A DNA stretch of 64,000 nt, taken from contig JBMOMC010000002.1 of assembly GCA_049325335.1 (NCBI GenBank), positions 288,001 through 352,000 of the forward strand. Reading direction: 5' to 3'. Below the pieces are notes generated by a model that made no database searches, was not told where the DNA came from, and was given only the letters and a program-made list of their open reading frames with translations. The DNA comes from Nitrospirota bacterium. Lineage in GTDB: Bacteria; Nitrospirota; Nitrospiria; 2-01-FULL-66-17. The position numbers and the translations under genes were made by a program. Shown here in pieces: positions 19,713 to 29,081 of this stretch. Position 1 is the first letter of the stretch, and every line of letters starts with the position of its first letter.

Positions 19713-20597
19713 ATGCGGGTGCTGGTACTCGGTGGGACGGGCATGCTCGGCCATATGGTGGTCGACGTGCTTTCCCGTTTGGACGCGGTGATGGTGGAGG
19801 GCACGCATCGAGGAGCCGGCGGTCCGGAAGGTTTGCGATTTGAAGCCGATGGGAGTGGAGGCGGTCTCCTTGAGTTGGTGCGCAGGCGCGGCGGCTACGA
19901 CTATGTGATCAACTGCATCGGAGTGCTTGCGGCCGATATCGACGAGCAGGATTCCGAGTCAGTGGTTCGTGCTCTTCGCATCAACGCGGAGTTTCCGCAT
20001 GCCTTGGCCAAACTTGCGCCGGCAGCCGGATTTCGAATCATTCATATTTCGACGGACGGCGTGTTCAGTGGGCGGGCCGAAGAGTATGGGGAGGACTCAC
20101 CGAGAGACTGTCCGGATGTCTACGGCAAGACCAAGGCCCTTGGAGAAGTGTTGGCTCCCCGGTGCGTGACGATCCGCTGCTCGATCGTCGGGCCGGATCC
20201 GATCCGCCGCCGAGGACTGCTTGAATGGTTTCTCTCACAACCGGACGGCAAGCAACTCACCGGCTTCACCGACGTGATCTGGAATGGGGTCACCACGCTT
20301 CAGTTGGCGGAACTTTGCGGCGCGATCATCACGCGAGGATGTTTTGATGCGCTCTGGGACGAGTCGAGAGTCCATCACTTCTGCCCGAACAGCGCCGTGT
20401 CCAAATATGAGTTGTTGCGCGTGTTTCAGGCAGTGTTTCGAAAGAAGGTAGAGATTGTTCCTTCTCAAAAAGGAATGGGGAGTGTCAGAAAAGTATTAGT
20501 CACTCGATTTGAAGGACTCCATCGCTTGGTTGGACACGGCCTGTCGATGGAAACAGCGATCGGCAATTTAGCCACGTATATGGCGCGGTCATCGTAG
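19713..20597 (+). CDS. RmlD-like NDP-4-keto-sugar reductase
   Basis: LGGTGMLG, INCIG, HISTDGVFSG, YGKTKALGE, WNGVTT. Confidence 0.85.
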   Translation: MRVLVLGGTGMLGHMVVDVLSRLDAVMVEGTHRGAGGPEGLRFEADGSGGGLLELVRRRGGYDYVINCIGVLAADIDEQDSESVVRALRINAEFPHALAKLAPAAGFRIIHISTDGVFSGRAEEYGEDSPRDCPDVYGKTKALGEVLAPRCVTIRCSIVGPDPIRRRGLLEWFLSQPDGKQLTGFTDVIWNGVTTLQLAELCGAIITRGCFDALWDESRVHHFCPNSAVSKYELLRVFQAVFRKKVEIVPSQKGMGSVRKVLVTRFEGLHRLVGHGLSMETAIGNLATYMARSS

Positions 20598-20634
20598 CGC
20601 CGTCATCCTGACTTCAGAAAGAAAGGGAATAGCA

Positions 20635-21819
20635 ATGGGGAAGAAGAGGCTTGCAATCATCCTGGGTATCCGGCCCGACGTGATCCGGGCGTGTATCATC
20701 CTGAATACCGTTCGGGCGAATCCAGCGTATGATGTGAAGTTTATCTGGTCCGGCCAGCACTACTCGGACAATCTCAAGGATATTTTCTTCCGGGAGCTTG
20801 GGGTCAAACCTCCGGAAATCGAGCTGCACGCCAGAGGCGAGACCGATGCGGAGGTCAGCGCCTCGGTCGTCACGAGGTTGTATCCGGTTCTGGAGGAATT
20901 GAGACCTGAGGCGGCGGTCTTCCTGGGCGATACGAACACCGTGGTGGGCTGCCTTGCGGCCGCCCAACTGAACATCCCCATTGTGCACATCGAAGGCTGT
21001 ATGCGATCGTACGATTGGCGCATGCCAGAAGAGAAGTATCGATCAACCATCGACAACCTGTCTGACGTGATCTACACGTATTTTGACGAGTACAAGGAGC
21101 AGGGGATCCGTGAAGGGCTCAATCCCGAAAGTATCGTGGTCGTTGGGAACCCGATCGTCGATGTGCTCCAAAAATACTATTACGACAAGATTGCGTATTA
21201 CGAGAAGTTGGCGGACCGGGAGTTCTTCCGGAGCCGCGGGATCGAGAAGGGACAGTACTACGCCATGACGTGCCATCGCCGAGAGAACGTGCACGATGAA
21301 CAGTCATTGCGGAACATCGTGAACCTCCTGGCCGCAACGGACCGGAAGGTGTACTTTGCGGCGAGCTATCGAACTCAAAAGGTTCTCAAGGCGATGGGTC
21401 TACGGTTGCCGCCGAACGTGATTATGGTCGATCCGGTCGGTTACGAGGAGTTTCTGGTGTTGATGACGAACTCGTGCGGCGTGGTTACCGACTCCGGCAC
21501 CGTGGTCGAGGAGACCTGCGTGTTGCAGATTCCCTCGCTCCAGATGCGGAAGGCGACGGAGCGGCCTCAGGTGTATGACGTGGGTTCCAGCGTCAAGTTC
21601 GACCCCACCCAGCCGGAGAAGTACCCCGCGCGGAAGGTCTTCGAGAAGCTCGAATCGCTTCGCGGCAAACATTGGCCCAATCCGTTGGGTGACGGCAAAT
21701 CATCGCAACGTCTCGGCGACGATCTACTGGATCGACTGGAACACGATGGATTCCGGCGCCACAAGCCCTCGGACTATCATTTGGATATCCGTCGTTCGTA
21801 CCGCGAAGACGGGCTATAG
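20635..21819 (+). CDS. Non-hydrolysing UDP-N-acetylhexosamine 2-epimerase family
   Basis: GIRPD, SGQHY, LGDTNT, HIEGCMRS, HRREN, TDSGTVVEE, ATERP. Confidence 0.87.
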   Translation: MGKKRLAIILGIRPDVIRACIILNTVRANPAYDVKFIWSGQHYSDNLKDIFFRELGVKPPEIELHARGETDAEVSASVVTRLYPVLEELRPEAAVFLGDTNTVVGCLAAAQLNIPIVHIEGCMRSYDWRMPEEKYRSTIDNLSDVIYTYFDEYKEQGIREGLNPESIVVVGNPIVDVLQKYYYDKIAYYEKLADREFFRSRGIEKGQYYAMTCHRRENVHDEQSLRNIVNLLAATDRKVYFAASYRTQKVLKAMGLRLPPNVIMVDPVGYEEFLVLMTNSCGVVTDSGTVVEETCVLQIPSLQMRKATERPQVYDVGSSVKFDPTQPEKYPARKVFEKLESLRGKHWPNPLGDGKSSQRLGDDLLDRLEHDGFRRHKPSDYHLDIRRSYREDGL

Positions 21820-21827
21820 AACAGTCT

Positions 21828-23597
21828 ATGGAGCAGTCCCGAACGCTATTAGCGACCCCTCCGATCTCGATCCGGCTCGTTCTGGCGATCGTTGGGTTTG
21901 TTGCGGCTGGGTGGCTTGCCGCTCGCCTGGTGGTGCCGGTAGTCCTGCGGGATTCGCCGCTGGTCGGGCTGGCGCGACTGTATGCCGAAGGGATGGTTCT
22001 GACCATGGGGATCGCCCTCGTGTCAGCCGTCGGCGTAATGTACATGCCACGCGTTCTTGTGGGCATCCTTGATCGATTTGCGGTGCGAGCGTTTGTCGGT
22101 CTCTCCCTCGCCTATGCCGGCGCGATGGGGAGTATGGCATGGCTCAAGGTGTCTTCCCTCCATTCGTATGCCGACATGGCAACACATCTCGAGGTTTTTT
22201 GGCGTGCCACTCAGGGACTGGGGTTCACGACCCCCATGTCGGAAAGCTACCACCACGGCGCGCACTGGTTTGCCGCGCATTTGACACCGATCATCTATCT
22301 GATTTATCCCCTGTTTCAACTCGCTCCCAGTGTGACCACGCTGCTGGTACTGCAGACGATCGCGCTGGCTGGCGCGGCGATTCCGATCGGCCTCTATGCC
22401 AGAGACCGATTGGGAGCGCGTTCCGGGATGTGGATCGGGGTCGCGTTCCTTCTGTATCCCACCCTTCAGTACACCAACTTGTACGAATTCGAGTATCTGC
22501 GGTTTTCTATTCCATGTCTAGCGTGGGCGTTTTATGCTGCGCATAGGCGATGGTGGGTGGGATATTCGGTCAGCGTCGCCCTCGCGCTGCTTGTTCGGGA
22601 GGAGGTCGGTCTGGTTATATTCATGCTGGGTTGCTACCTCCTGTTTTTCAAACGCGAGCGATGGATCGGCGGGCTGACGGCGGTCGCAGGCCTAGGGTAC
22701 TTTGTGCTCGCGATCGGGGTGATCATCCCGGCATTCCGGGATGGTGGTGGGCTGGTGTATGCGAGCAACTATGCGAGTCTTGGGGGCAGCGTTTCTGAGA
22801 TCCTCACGAATTTGTTCGTTCACCCGATCGTCGTGTTGAAGTCCTTTCTCTCTCAGACCAAGGTCGGAAACTTCGTTATGTTCTTTCTCCCGGTCCAATT
22901 CTTGGCGTTTCTGTCTCCGTCGATTCTCTTGATTGCGCTCCCGAACTTTGCGTCGACGTTTTTAAGCGACGCGTTGCCGAACTACAGCTTTCTGCTCTAC
23001 TACTTGTCGCCTTCCGTCCCGTTTATCTTCTTTGCCGCCATCGAGGGCGCGGTGAAGGTCAAGCGGGTACTCGCGCAGCGGTGGGGCGACCGGCTTGGGC
23101 AGGAACATGCCGCGCTCGTGGTGAGTCTGTACCTGGTCGTCGGGGTGTTGAGTTCGAATATCTTTTTTGGGCCGTCTCCCGTGTCGCGCCAGTTTTGGGA
23201 CGCCACCTATAAGGTCGGGGAGTTCTACACCACGAACTTCTTTCGTTCCGCGTACCAGGTGACGCCACACGTCGAGGCGGCGAAGGCGATCGTCGCGTTG
23301 GTTCCTCGCGATGCCGTGGTGTCGGCCGAGCAGCAGTTCCTCCCTTACTTGTACGACCGCAAGCGCATGTACGTGTTTCCTTCGCTGGCTCCTGACGTTG
23401 ACCACGTGTTGATCGACCGGACGGACCATCCGCGGACGGGCTGGGCCGATACCTACATGGATTTTCGCCTCAGGCCGGAGGTTTATTACGCGCAGATCGA
23501 GAGCGATCCCGGGACCTGGGTGCTGGTTGCCGAGCGTGACGGGGTGTCCCTTTATCGTCGCCTTGTCTCGCCGGGGACGGTCGGAGCGCACGGATGA
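21828..23597 (+). CDS. DUF2079-like GT-C membrane glycosyltransferase
   Basis: Multiple TMs; HWFAAHLTPIIYLI, LLYPTLQ..NLYEF, LLVREE, periplasmic C-terminal domain. Confidence 0.72.
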   Translation: MEQSRTLLATPPISIRLVLAIVGFVAAGWLAARLVVPVVLRDSPLVGLARLYAEGMVLTMGIALVSAVGVMYMPRVLVGILDRFAVRAFVGLSLAYAGAMGSMAWLKVSSLHSYADMATHLEVFWRATQGLGFTTPMSESYHHGAHWFAAHLTPIIYLIYPLFQLAPSVTTLLVLQTIALAGAAIPIGLYARDRLGARSGMWIGVAFLLYPTLQYTNLYEFEYLRFSIPCLAWAFYAAHRRWWVGYSVSVALALLVREEVGLVIFMLGCYLLFFKRERWIGGLTAVAGLGYFVLAIGVIIPAFRDGGGLVYASNYASLGGSVSEILTNLFVHPIVVLKSFLSQTKVGNFVMFFLPVQFLAFLSPSILLIALPNFASTFLSDALPNYSFLLYYLSPSVPFIFFAAIEGAVKVKRVLAQRWGDRLGQEHAALVVSLYLVVGVLSSNIFFGPSPVSRQFWDATYKVGEFYTTNFFRSAYQVTPHVEAAKAIVALVPRDAVVSAEQQFLPYLYDRKRMYVFPSLAPDVDHVLIDRTDHPRTGWADTYMDFRLRPEVYYAQIESDPGTWVLVAERDGVSLYRRLVSPGTVGAHG

Positions 23598-24619
23598 CCC
23601 CGATGGTCTCGGTCTTGATGGCCGTGCGCAACGGTCTTCCATTTGTGCGGGACGCCGTCGCGTCGATTTTGGATCAGAGTTTTCGCGACTTCGAATTTCT
23701 GATCATCGATGATGGCTCAACCGACGGGACGAGTGCGTTCCTTGGGGCGATCGGTGATTCGCGCGTCCGTCTCATTCGTCAAGAATGGGGGGGGCTCACC
23801 CGGTCGCTGATCCGAGGCCTTGCCGAGGCCCGGGGTGAGTACGTGGCACGCCAGGATGCGGACGATGTCTCTCGCCCTGACCGGCTTGGAAAGCAGGTGG
23901 TGTTCCTGGAGGCCAATCCGGACGTCCTGCTCGTGGGGTCGGGTGGGCGCCTGGTGAGCGAACGAGGCGACGTGCTCCGTAGCTATCACTACCCGACGCG
24001 GCACAAACAGTTAGTTGAAGATTTGGAGCGTCTGACTTCCCCATTACCGCATACCACCATCATGTTCCGCCGCGCCGAGATTCTCGCCTGCGGTGGGTAC
24101 CGTGCCGTGTTTCGGAAGGCACAGGACTACGACCTCTACCTCCGGGTTGCCGAGCGTGGCCGGCTCGCGTCGTTGCCGGAACCGTTGTGCGATCTGCGGT
24201 GCTCGATGACGTCGGTCACCTCGGCCGAGTCCGATGGAGAACAGTTTTTCTATGCCGTCCTCGCACTGCTCTGTTATCGGGCTCGCCGGGCCGGCAAGCG
24301 CGACCCCATCGACAGGGCAGCGGACGGCGATGGGCTCCGCGGGATTCGAGCGTGGTACGAATCCAGTCGCTATCCGAAGGTGTTTCGATCGCGGCAGTTG
24401 CGGCGCCGAGCCCGACTCGCGTGGAGTGAGGGCTCGTATGCCGAGGCCGCCGGCTGCATCATCCAATCCGTCGGCAGCGACCCTGGTTGGGTGTTGAATC
24501 GGTGTAGCTTGGGCGGACCCATACTGCTCACGCCGGAAGTCATGGACGCCCTCGAAGCTCTCTCCTCTGAAGGCCACGAATATGTGCGGCATCGCGGGAT
24601 ATCTCGGACCCCGGTCTGA
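23594..24619 (+). CDS. GT2 glycosyltransferase
   Basis: VSVLMAVRN, IDDGSTDGT, ARQDADDVS, AQDYDLYLR. Confidence 0.9.
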   Translation: MTPMVSVLMAVRNGLPFVRDAVASILDQSFRDFEFLIIDDGSTDGTSAFLGAIGDSRVRLIRQEWGGLTRSLIRGLAEARGEYVARQDADDVSRPDRLGKQVVFLEANPDVLLVGSGGRLVSERGDVLRSYHYPTRHKQLVEDLERLTSPLPHTTIMFRRAEILACGGYRAVFRKAQDYDLYLRVAERGRLASLPEPLCDLRCSMTSVTSAESDGEQFFYAVLALLCYRARRAGKRDPIDRAADGDGLRGIRAWYESSRYPKVFRSRQLRRRARLAWSEGSYAEAAGCIIQSVGSDPGWVLNRCSLGGPILLTPEVMDALEALSSEGHEYVRHRGISRTPV

Positions 24620-26507
24620 CGCGCTGTCCCGGATCGGGAACGCGATGGCTCGATCGTTGGCCCACCGGGGACCCGATGACGAAGGCCTGGAGGCGGTGGA
24701 CATCGACGGATGTCCCGACCGCGCCATTCTTCTCGCCCATCGGCGCTTATCGATCCTCGACCTTTCTCCGCTCGGCCACCAGCCCATGCACGATGCGGAA
24801 ACCGGGAATTGGATCGTCTATAACGGGGAAACGTACAACTTCAAATCGCTACGCCGGGATCTGGAACATCAAGGATGTTCATTTCGCTCTCAGAGTGATA
24901 CCGAGGTCTTGCTCAAGGGATACGCTCGCCGGGGCATCAACATCCTGGACGATCTCTGCGGGATGTTCGCGTTCGGCTTGTGGGATCGCCAACGGCGCGA
25001 ACTCGTCTTGGCCGTGGATCACGTCGGTATCAAGCCGCTGTACTACTGGGCGGGATCGAACGGGGCGTTTCTATTCGCGTCGGAACTCCGGGCTCTCATG
25101 GCCACCGGCTTGGTTCCGAGGCGGGTGGATCCGGTTGGCCTGGAAGGGTATCTGAGCTACGGCGCTGTCCAGGGACCGCATACGATTATTGCGGGTGTCC
25201 GAATCCTCCCCCCGGGAAGTTATCTCCGCATTCGAGCCGACGGTCAGATCGACGGCCCGCACGAGTATTGGCGTGCCCAATTCCCCACGGCGGATCGCGA
25301 GCCGGTGCAACGGGTCGAGGACGTGGTTGCCGAGGTTCGCGCGCTGCTGGATCAGGTCGTGGCCGAGCACCTGGTCAGCGATGTGCCGTTGGGGGTGTTT
25401 CTCAGCGGCGGGATCGATTCCAGCAGCGTCCTGGCATCCGCGAGCTCCGGTTCACGCTCGCTCAAGACGTTCTCCATCGGGTTCGCGGAACAGGAGTTCT
25501 CGGAAGCGGCGTATTCCCGCGAAATGGCAACGCGCTATGGTTCCCAACACACCGAGATCTGTTTATCCGAAGGCGATCTGCTCAAGATGCTTCCCGGCGC
25601 GCTGGATGCGTTGGACCAGCCCACACTCGACGGGACCAACGTTTATGTGATCTCCCGCGCGGTCCGCGACGCCGGGGTCACGGTGGTGCTGTCCGGACAG
25701 GGTGGCGATGAAATCTTCGGGGGCTACCCCACATTCCAGCAGGTGGAGCAGGCTGCGATGTGGCGGAGACGCCTGGCGGTTGTTCCCCGTCTGGCATGGG
25801 CCGGCGGTGCGAGGCTGTGGGATGCGGTGCAAGCTCGTCGTCGCGTCATTCCTGATAAGGTCGGCCAGTGGTTGGGCGGGGACGGCAGCGCCTTCACCGC
25901 GTATTTCCTGCTCCGTCAAGTATTCCCGCCGAGTGTTCGGCGCTCGCTGTTTCCCGGTGAGCACCGCGTGAGTCCGGAGGGCTTGCCGGCTGATCTCGCG
26001 CAGCTTTTGCGCGATCGTGTCGACAACCTAGATGTGTTCAACCTGGTGTCGCTCTTGGAGTGCCGAACCTATCTGGGCAACATGCTCTTGCGCGATGGGG
26101 ACGTGATGAGCATGGCGCACAGCCTGGAGGTTCGCGTCCCGTTTCTGGATCGTCGTCTGGTGGAAATGGTGTCTCGGCTTCCAGGACAGACCAAACTGGA
26201 TGGACCGTTGCCGAAGGCGTTGTTGCTCAAGGCGATGGGCGATCGATTGCCTGCCTCGATTTATCAGCGACCCAAACAGGGCTTTACCTTCCCGTGGTCG
26301 CACTGGCTCCGGCAAGACTTGAGGCCGATGGCGGATGAGGCGCTAAACGACCGGACCGCGTTCCTGAAGCTGGGCATGGATCCGAGCGCGGTGCTCGGGT
26401 TGTGGCGCGCGTTCCTGGCCGGGCGGCCCGGCATCACGTGGTCGCGGATCTGGACGTTGATCGTGCTACGCGAGTGGACGAACCGCCACGGAGCGGCGCT
26501 CGCATGA
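24582..26507 (+). CDS. asnB: Asparagine synthase-like glutamine amidotransferase (sugar amidation, WbpS-type role likely)
   Basis: MCGIAG N-terminal Cys, HRGPD, NGETYN, LSGGIDSS, SGQGGDE, HSLEVRVPFLD. Confidence 0.9.
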   Translation: MCGIAGYLGPRSDALSRIGNAMARSLAHRGPDDEGLEAVDIDGCPDRAILLAHRRLSILDLSPLGHQPMHDAETGNWIVYNGETYNFKSLRRDLEHQGCSFRSQSDTEVLLKGYARRGINILDDLCGMFAFGLWDRQRRELVLAVDHVGIKPLYYWAGSNGAFLFASELRALMATGLVPRRVDPVGLEGYLSYGAVQGPHTIIAGVRILPPGSYLRIRADGQIDGPHEYWRAQFPTADREPVQRVEDVVAEVRALLDQVVAEHLVSDVPLGVFLSGGIDSSSVLASASSGSRSLKTFSIGFAEQEFSEAAYSREMATRYGSQHTEICLSEGDLLKMLPGALDALDQPTLDGTNVYVISRAVRDAGVTVVLSGQGGDEIFGGYPTFQQVEQAAMWRRRLAVVPRLAWAGGARLWDAVQARRRVIPDKVGQWLGGDGSAFTAYFLLRQVFPPSVRRSLFPGEHRVSPEGLPADLAQLLRDRVDNLDVFNLVSLLECRTYLGNMLLRDGDVMSMAHSLEVRVPFLDRRLVEMVSRLPGQTKLDGPLPKALLLKAMGDRLPASIYQRPKQGFTFPWSHWLRQDLRPMADEALNDRTAFLKLGMDPSAVLGLWRAFLAGRPGITWSRIWTLIVLREWTNRHGAALA

Positions 26508-27634
26508 GCGCGCGTCTGCGGGTGGCGATCTCCGCGCTGTCGGCCAAGTCGTACGGCGGCGATTCGTATTTTCGGGGGATCATTCCCGCACTTGGTCGCT
26601 TTGCGGACCAGGCGGAATTCACGTTGTTGGCGCGTGACGATCGGTATGCCCGACTTGCTGAAGACAGCGGTATCCGGCAGGTGACGCTCCAAACTCCGGA
26701 AGGCGGTATCAAAAGGATTCTGTGGGAGCAAGCCGTGCTTCCGGGAGTGATTCGGCGTTTGGGCTGTGACGTGCTGTATACCGCCAACAACGTGGGAACC
26801 CTGCGATCCGGTCTGCCGTGCGTCATCGCCATCCGGAACATGGAGCCACTGGTCGCGCGGAACGATCAGGCGTCGTGGGGGTTGCAGGTCCGGCATGGAC
26901 TGCTGGCCCGGCTCACGTGGTGGTCGATCCAACGCGCCGCGCGGGTGGTCGCGGTCTCGCACTTCGTCCGCGAGGCGTTGGTGGCCGGCGGAGCGGACCC
27001 CACGAAGATCGACGTGGTGTACCACGGCATTGATGACGTGGCGACCGATGACGCGGGAGTGCCGAGCGACGTGGTGCGTGAGATGCCGACGGAGTATGTG
27101 GCGGCGGCCGCGAAGTTTGTTCGGTACGCCAATTTGGCGACGTTGTTTCGCGCGTACGCCGTCATGAGGGACCGCGGTTTCAAGGGGCCGTTGGTGTTCG
27201 CGGGCGGTTCGCACGACGCGGGTTACGAGTCGGAGATCCGGAGTTTGGTCGATCGGTTGGATCTGGGGTCCAACGTCCGATTTCTGGGGTACGTGCCGCG
27301 CGAGACGCTTCAAGCGACGATCCGGCATTGTCGCGCCTTCTTGTTTTCGTCGGTGTTGGAGGCGTGCCCCTTTACGCTGTTGGAGGCTATGCGGCAAGGC
27401 GCGCCAATCGTCGCGACCACGGCGGGTCCGTCGATGGAGTTTTGCGGCCAGGCCGCGGAGTACGTCGAACCGACCGACTACGAGGCGTTCGGGGACACCG
27501 CGTATCGGCTCGTTACCGACGAGGCGCGGCGAAGTCAGCTCGCAACGCGCGCCAAGCTCCGCGCGGCTGAATTTCGTTGGGATCGATCGGTGGCCGGGCT
27601 GCTCGGCTCATTTCGACACGCGGTCGGCGCCTGA
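26504..27634 (+). CDS. GT4 glycosyltransferase
   Basis: ATGA overlap with asnB; VAVSHF, FLGYV, E-x7-E motif (EACPFTLLE). Confidence 0.85.
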   Translation: MSARLRVAISALSAKSYGGDSYFRGIIPALGRFADQAEFTLLARDDRYARLAEDSGIRQVTLQTPEGGIKRILWEQAVLPGVIRRLGCDVLYTANNVGTLRSGLPCVIAIRNMEPLVARNDQASWGLQVRHGLLARLTWWSIQRAARVVAVSHFVREALVAGGADPTKIDVVYHGIDDVATDDAGVPSDVVREMPTEYVAAAAKFVRYANLATLFRAYAVMRDRGFKGPLVFAGGSHDAGYESEIRSLVDRLDLGSNVRFLGYVPRETLQATIRHCRAFLFSSVLEACPFTLLEAMRQGAPIVATTAGPSMEFCGQAAEYVEPTDYEAFGDTAYRLVTDEARRSQLATRAKLRAAEFRWDRSVAGLLGSFRHAVGA

Positions 27635-27640
27635 CTCGGT

Positions 27641-28885
27641 ATGCGGATTTTATTGCTCACGGATCGGTATCCGCCGGAGGCTCGATCTTCCGCGACGCTG
27701 TTTCAGGAATTGGCGGAAGCCCTGGCGAAACGAGGGCACGAAGTCTGCGTGCTGACCAAAATGCCACAGGGGTACGTTCCGACTCTTGATGACGGACAGC
27801 CTGCGGGGCACCTGCCCTTTGCCGAAGTTCGGGGAGGAGTCCGTGTGGTCCGTCTGCGAGGGTTGTCTTCCATGAGCCGCTCACTGGTGGTCCGAGCGGT
27901 TGACCAGATGGTATTGGGGATGCTCTTTACCGCAAATCTGTGGCGCTGTGGTCGGCCGGACGCGGTGATCGTGTATTCCCCGCCGCTGCCGCTCGTGTTG
28001 GTTGCGGCGATCCTCACGCGACTCCGTGGTGTTCCGTACGTGCTCAATCTCCACGACTTGTACCCCCGGACGGCGGTTCAGCTTGGAGTCCTGAAAAATT
28101 CGCTATTGATATGGGGCGCGAAGCTGTTTGAACGAATCGCGTATCGCAATGCCGCCATGATCGTTGTGCCCGCGGACGGCAGTCGGCGTGTCCTGATCGA
28201 CGAGAACCACGTGGATCCAGGGAAACTCCGAGTGATTCCCAACTGGGTGGATGTTCACGCGGTGGTCCCAGGCCCGAAGGAGAATAGCTTTCGACAGAAA
28301 CACGGACTGTTGGGCGCATTTGTGGTGTCGTATGCGGGGGTGATGGGCTTTGCGCAGGACCTCACAACTATCATCCAGTGCGCGCGGTTAATGGTCTCGA
28401 ACCAAGCGATGGTGTTCCTGTTGGTGGGAGACGGCGTGCAGCTTCCTCAATGGAAAGTGCTCGCAGAAAGGCTTCCCAATGTGCGTTTCTTGGGGCCGGT
28501 GGCGAAGGACCGGTATTTCGATTTACTCCGGGCCTCGGATGTCTGTCTAGTGCCGTTGGATGGGGCGCTTTCCTCGCCCGCGATTCCTGGGAAAATTCAG
28601 AGCATCATGGCGGTCGGACGGCCGATCGCCGCGATTGTGCCGACCGAAGGAGAAGCCGCACGGGTCGTGAACGAGAGTCGGAGCGGCTGGGTCGTGGTCC
28701 CCGGAGACGTCCAGGCGCTCCGGTCCGTTCTTGATCGGGCCATCCAACATCCCGAGGTGGGTGAGGAATTGGGGCGGAACGGGCGACGTTTTGCTGAACA
28801 ACACTATGCGATCGAGTATGCCATTGACGGATACGAAGAGACGTTGGTCAAGGTTCGGAGCGAGTTTGACCGGGTTCAGCGCTGA
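27641..28885 (+). CDS. GT4 glycosyltransferase (WbuB-like)
   Basis: YPPE, SPPL, LHDLYP, IPNWVD, YAGVMGFAQ, PGKIQSIMAVGRPI. Confidence 0.87.
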   Translation: MRILLLTDRYPPEARSSATLFQELAEALAKRGHEVCVLTKMPQGYVPTLDDGQPAGHLPFAEVRGGVRVVRLRGLSSMSRSLVVRAVDQMVLGMLFTANLWRCGRPDAVIVYSPPLPLVLVAAILTRLRGVPYVLNLHDLYPRTAVQLGVLKNSLLIWGAKLFERIAYRNAAMIVVPADGSRRVLIDENHVDPGKLRVIPNWVDVHAVVPGPKENSFRQKHGLLGAFVVSYAGVMGFAQDLTTIIQCARLMVSNQAMVFLLVGDGVQLPQWKVLAERLPNVRFLGPVAKDRYFDLLRASDVCLVPLDGALSSPAIPGKIQSIMAVGRPIAAIVPTEGEAARVVNESRSGWVVVPGDVQALRSVLDRAIQHPEVGEELGRNGRRFAEQHYAIEYAIDGYEETLVKVRSEFDRVQR

Positions 28886-28921
28886 TCTGGGCAAGACGAT
28901 GAGCGTGTCGTCGGGTGTTAG

Positions 28922-28950
28922 TTGCCTTTTCGATCTAGTGCTCTTATAGT
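28922..28950 (+). promoter_or_regulatory. Putative sigma70 promoter for wecA
   Basis: TTGCCT-17bp-TATAGT. Confidence 0.55.
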
Positions 28951-28992
28951 AACGCGATTTTCCGGATCGTTCGGTTACCGATCAAGACGCCG

Positions 28993-29024
28993 AAGGAGGT
29001 GAGGAGATGGTGAGGATTTCTTAG
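28993..29024 (+). promoter_or_regulatory. Perfect SD plus 5-codon upstream ORF (MVRIS) in the wecA leader
   Basis: AAGGAGGTGA at 28993-29002, ATG at 29007, TAG at 29022-29024. Confidence 0.45.
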
Positions 29025-29081
29025 CCGCGCCGGGTTTCGTCGCAGTACACGGATGGGCTGCTACGCAGACACGGAGGTTAC

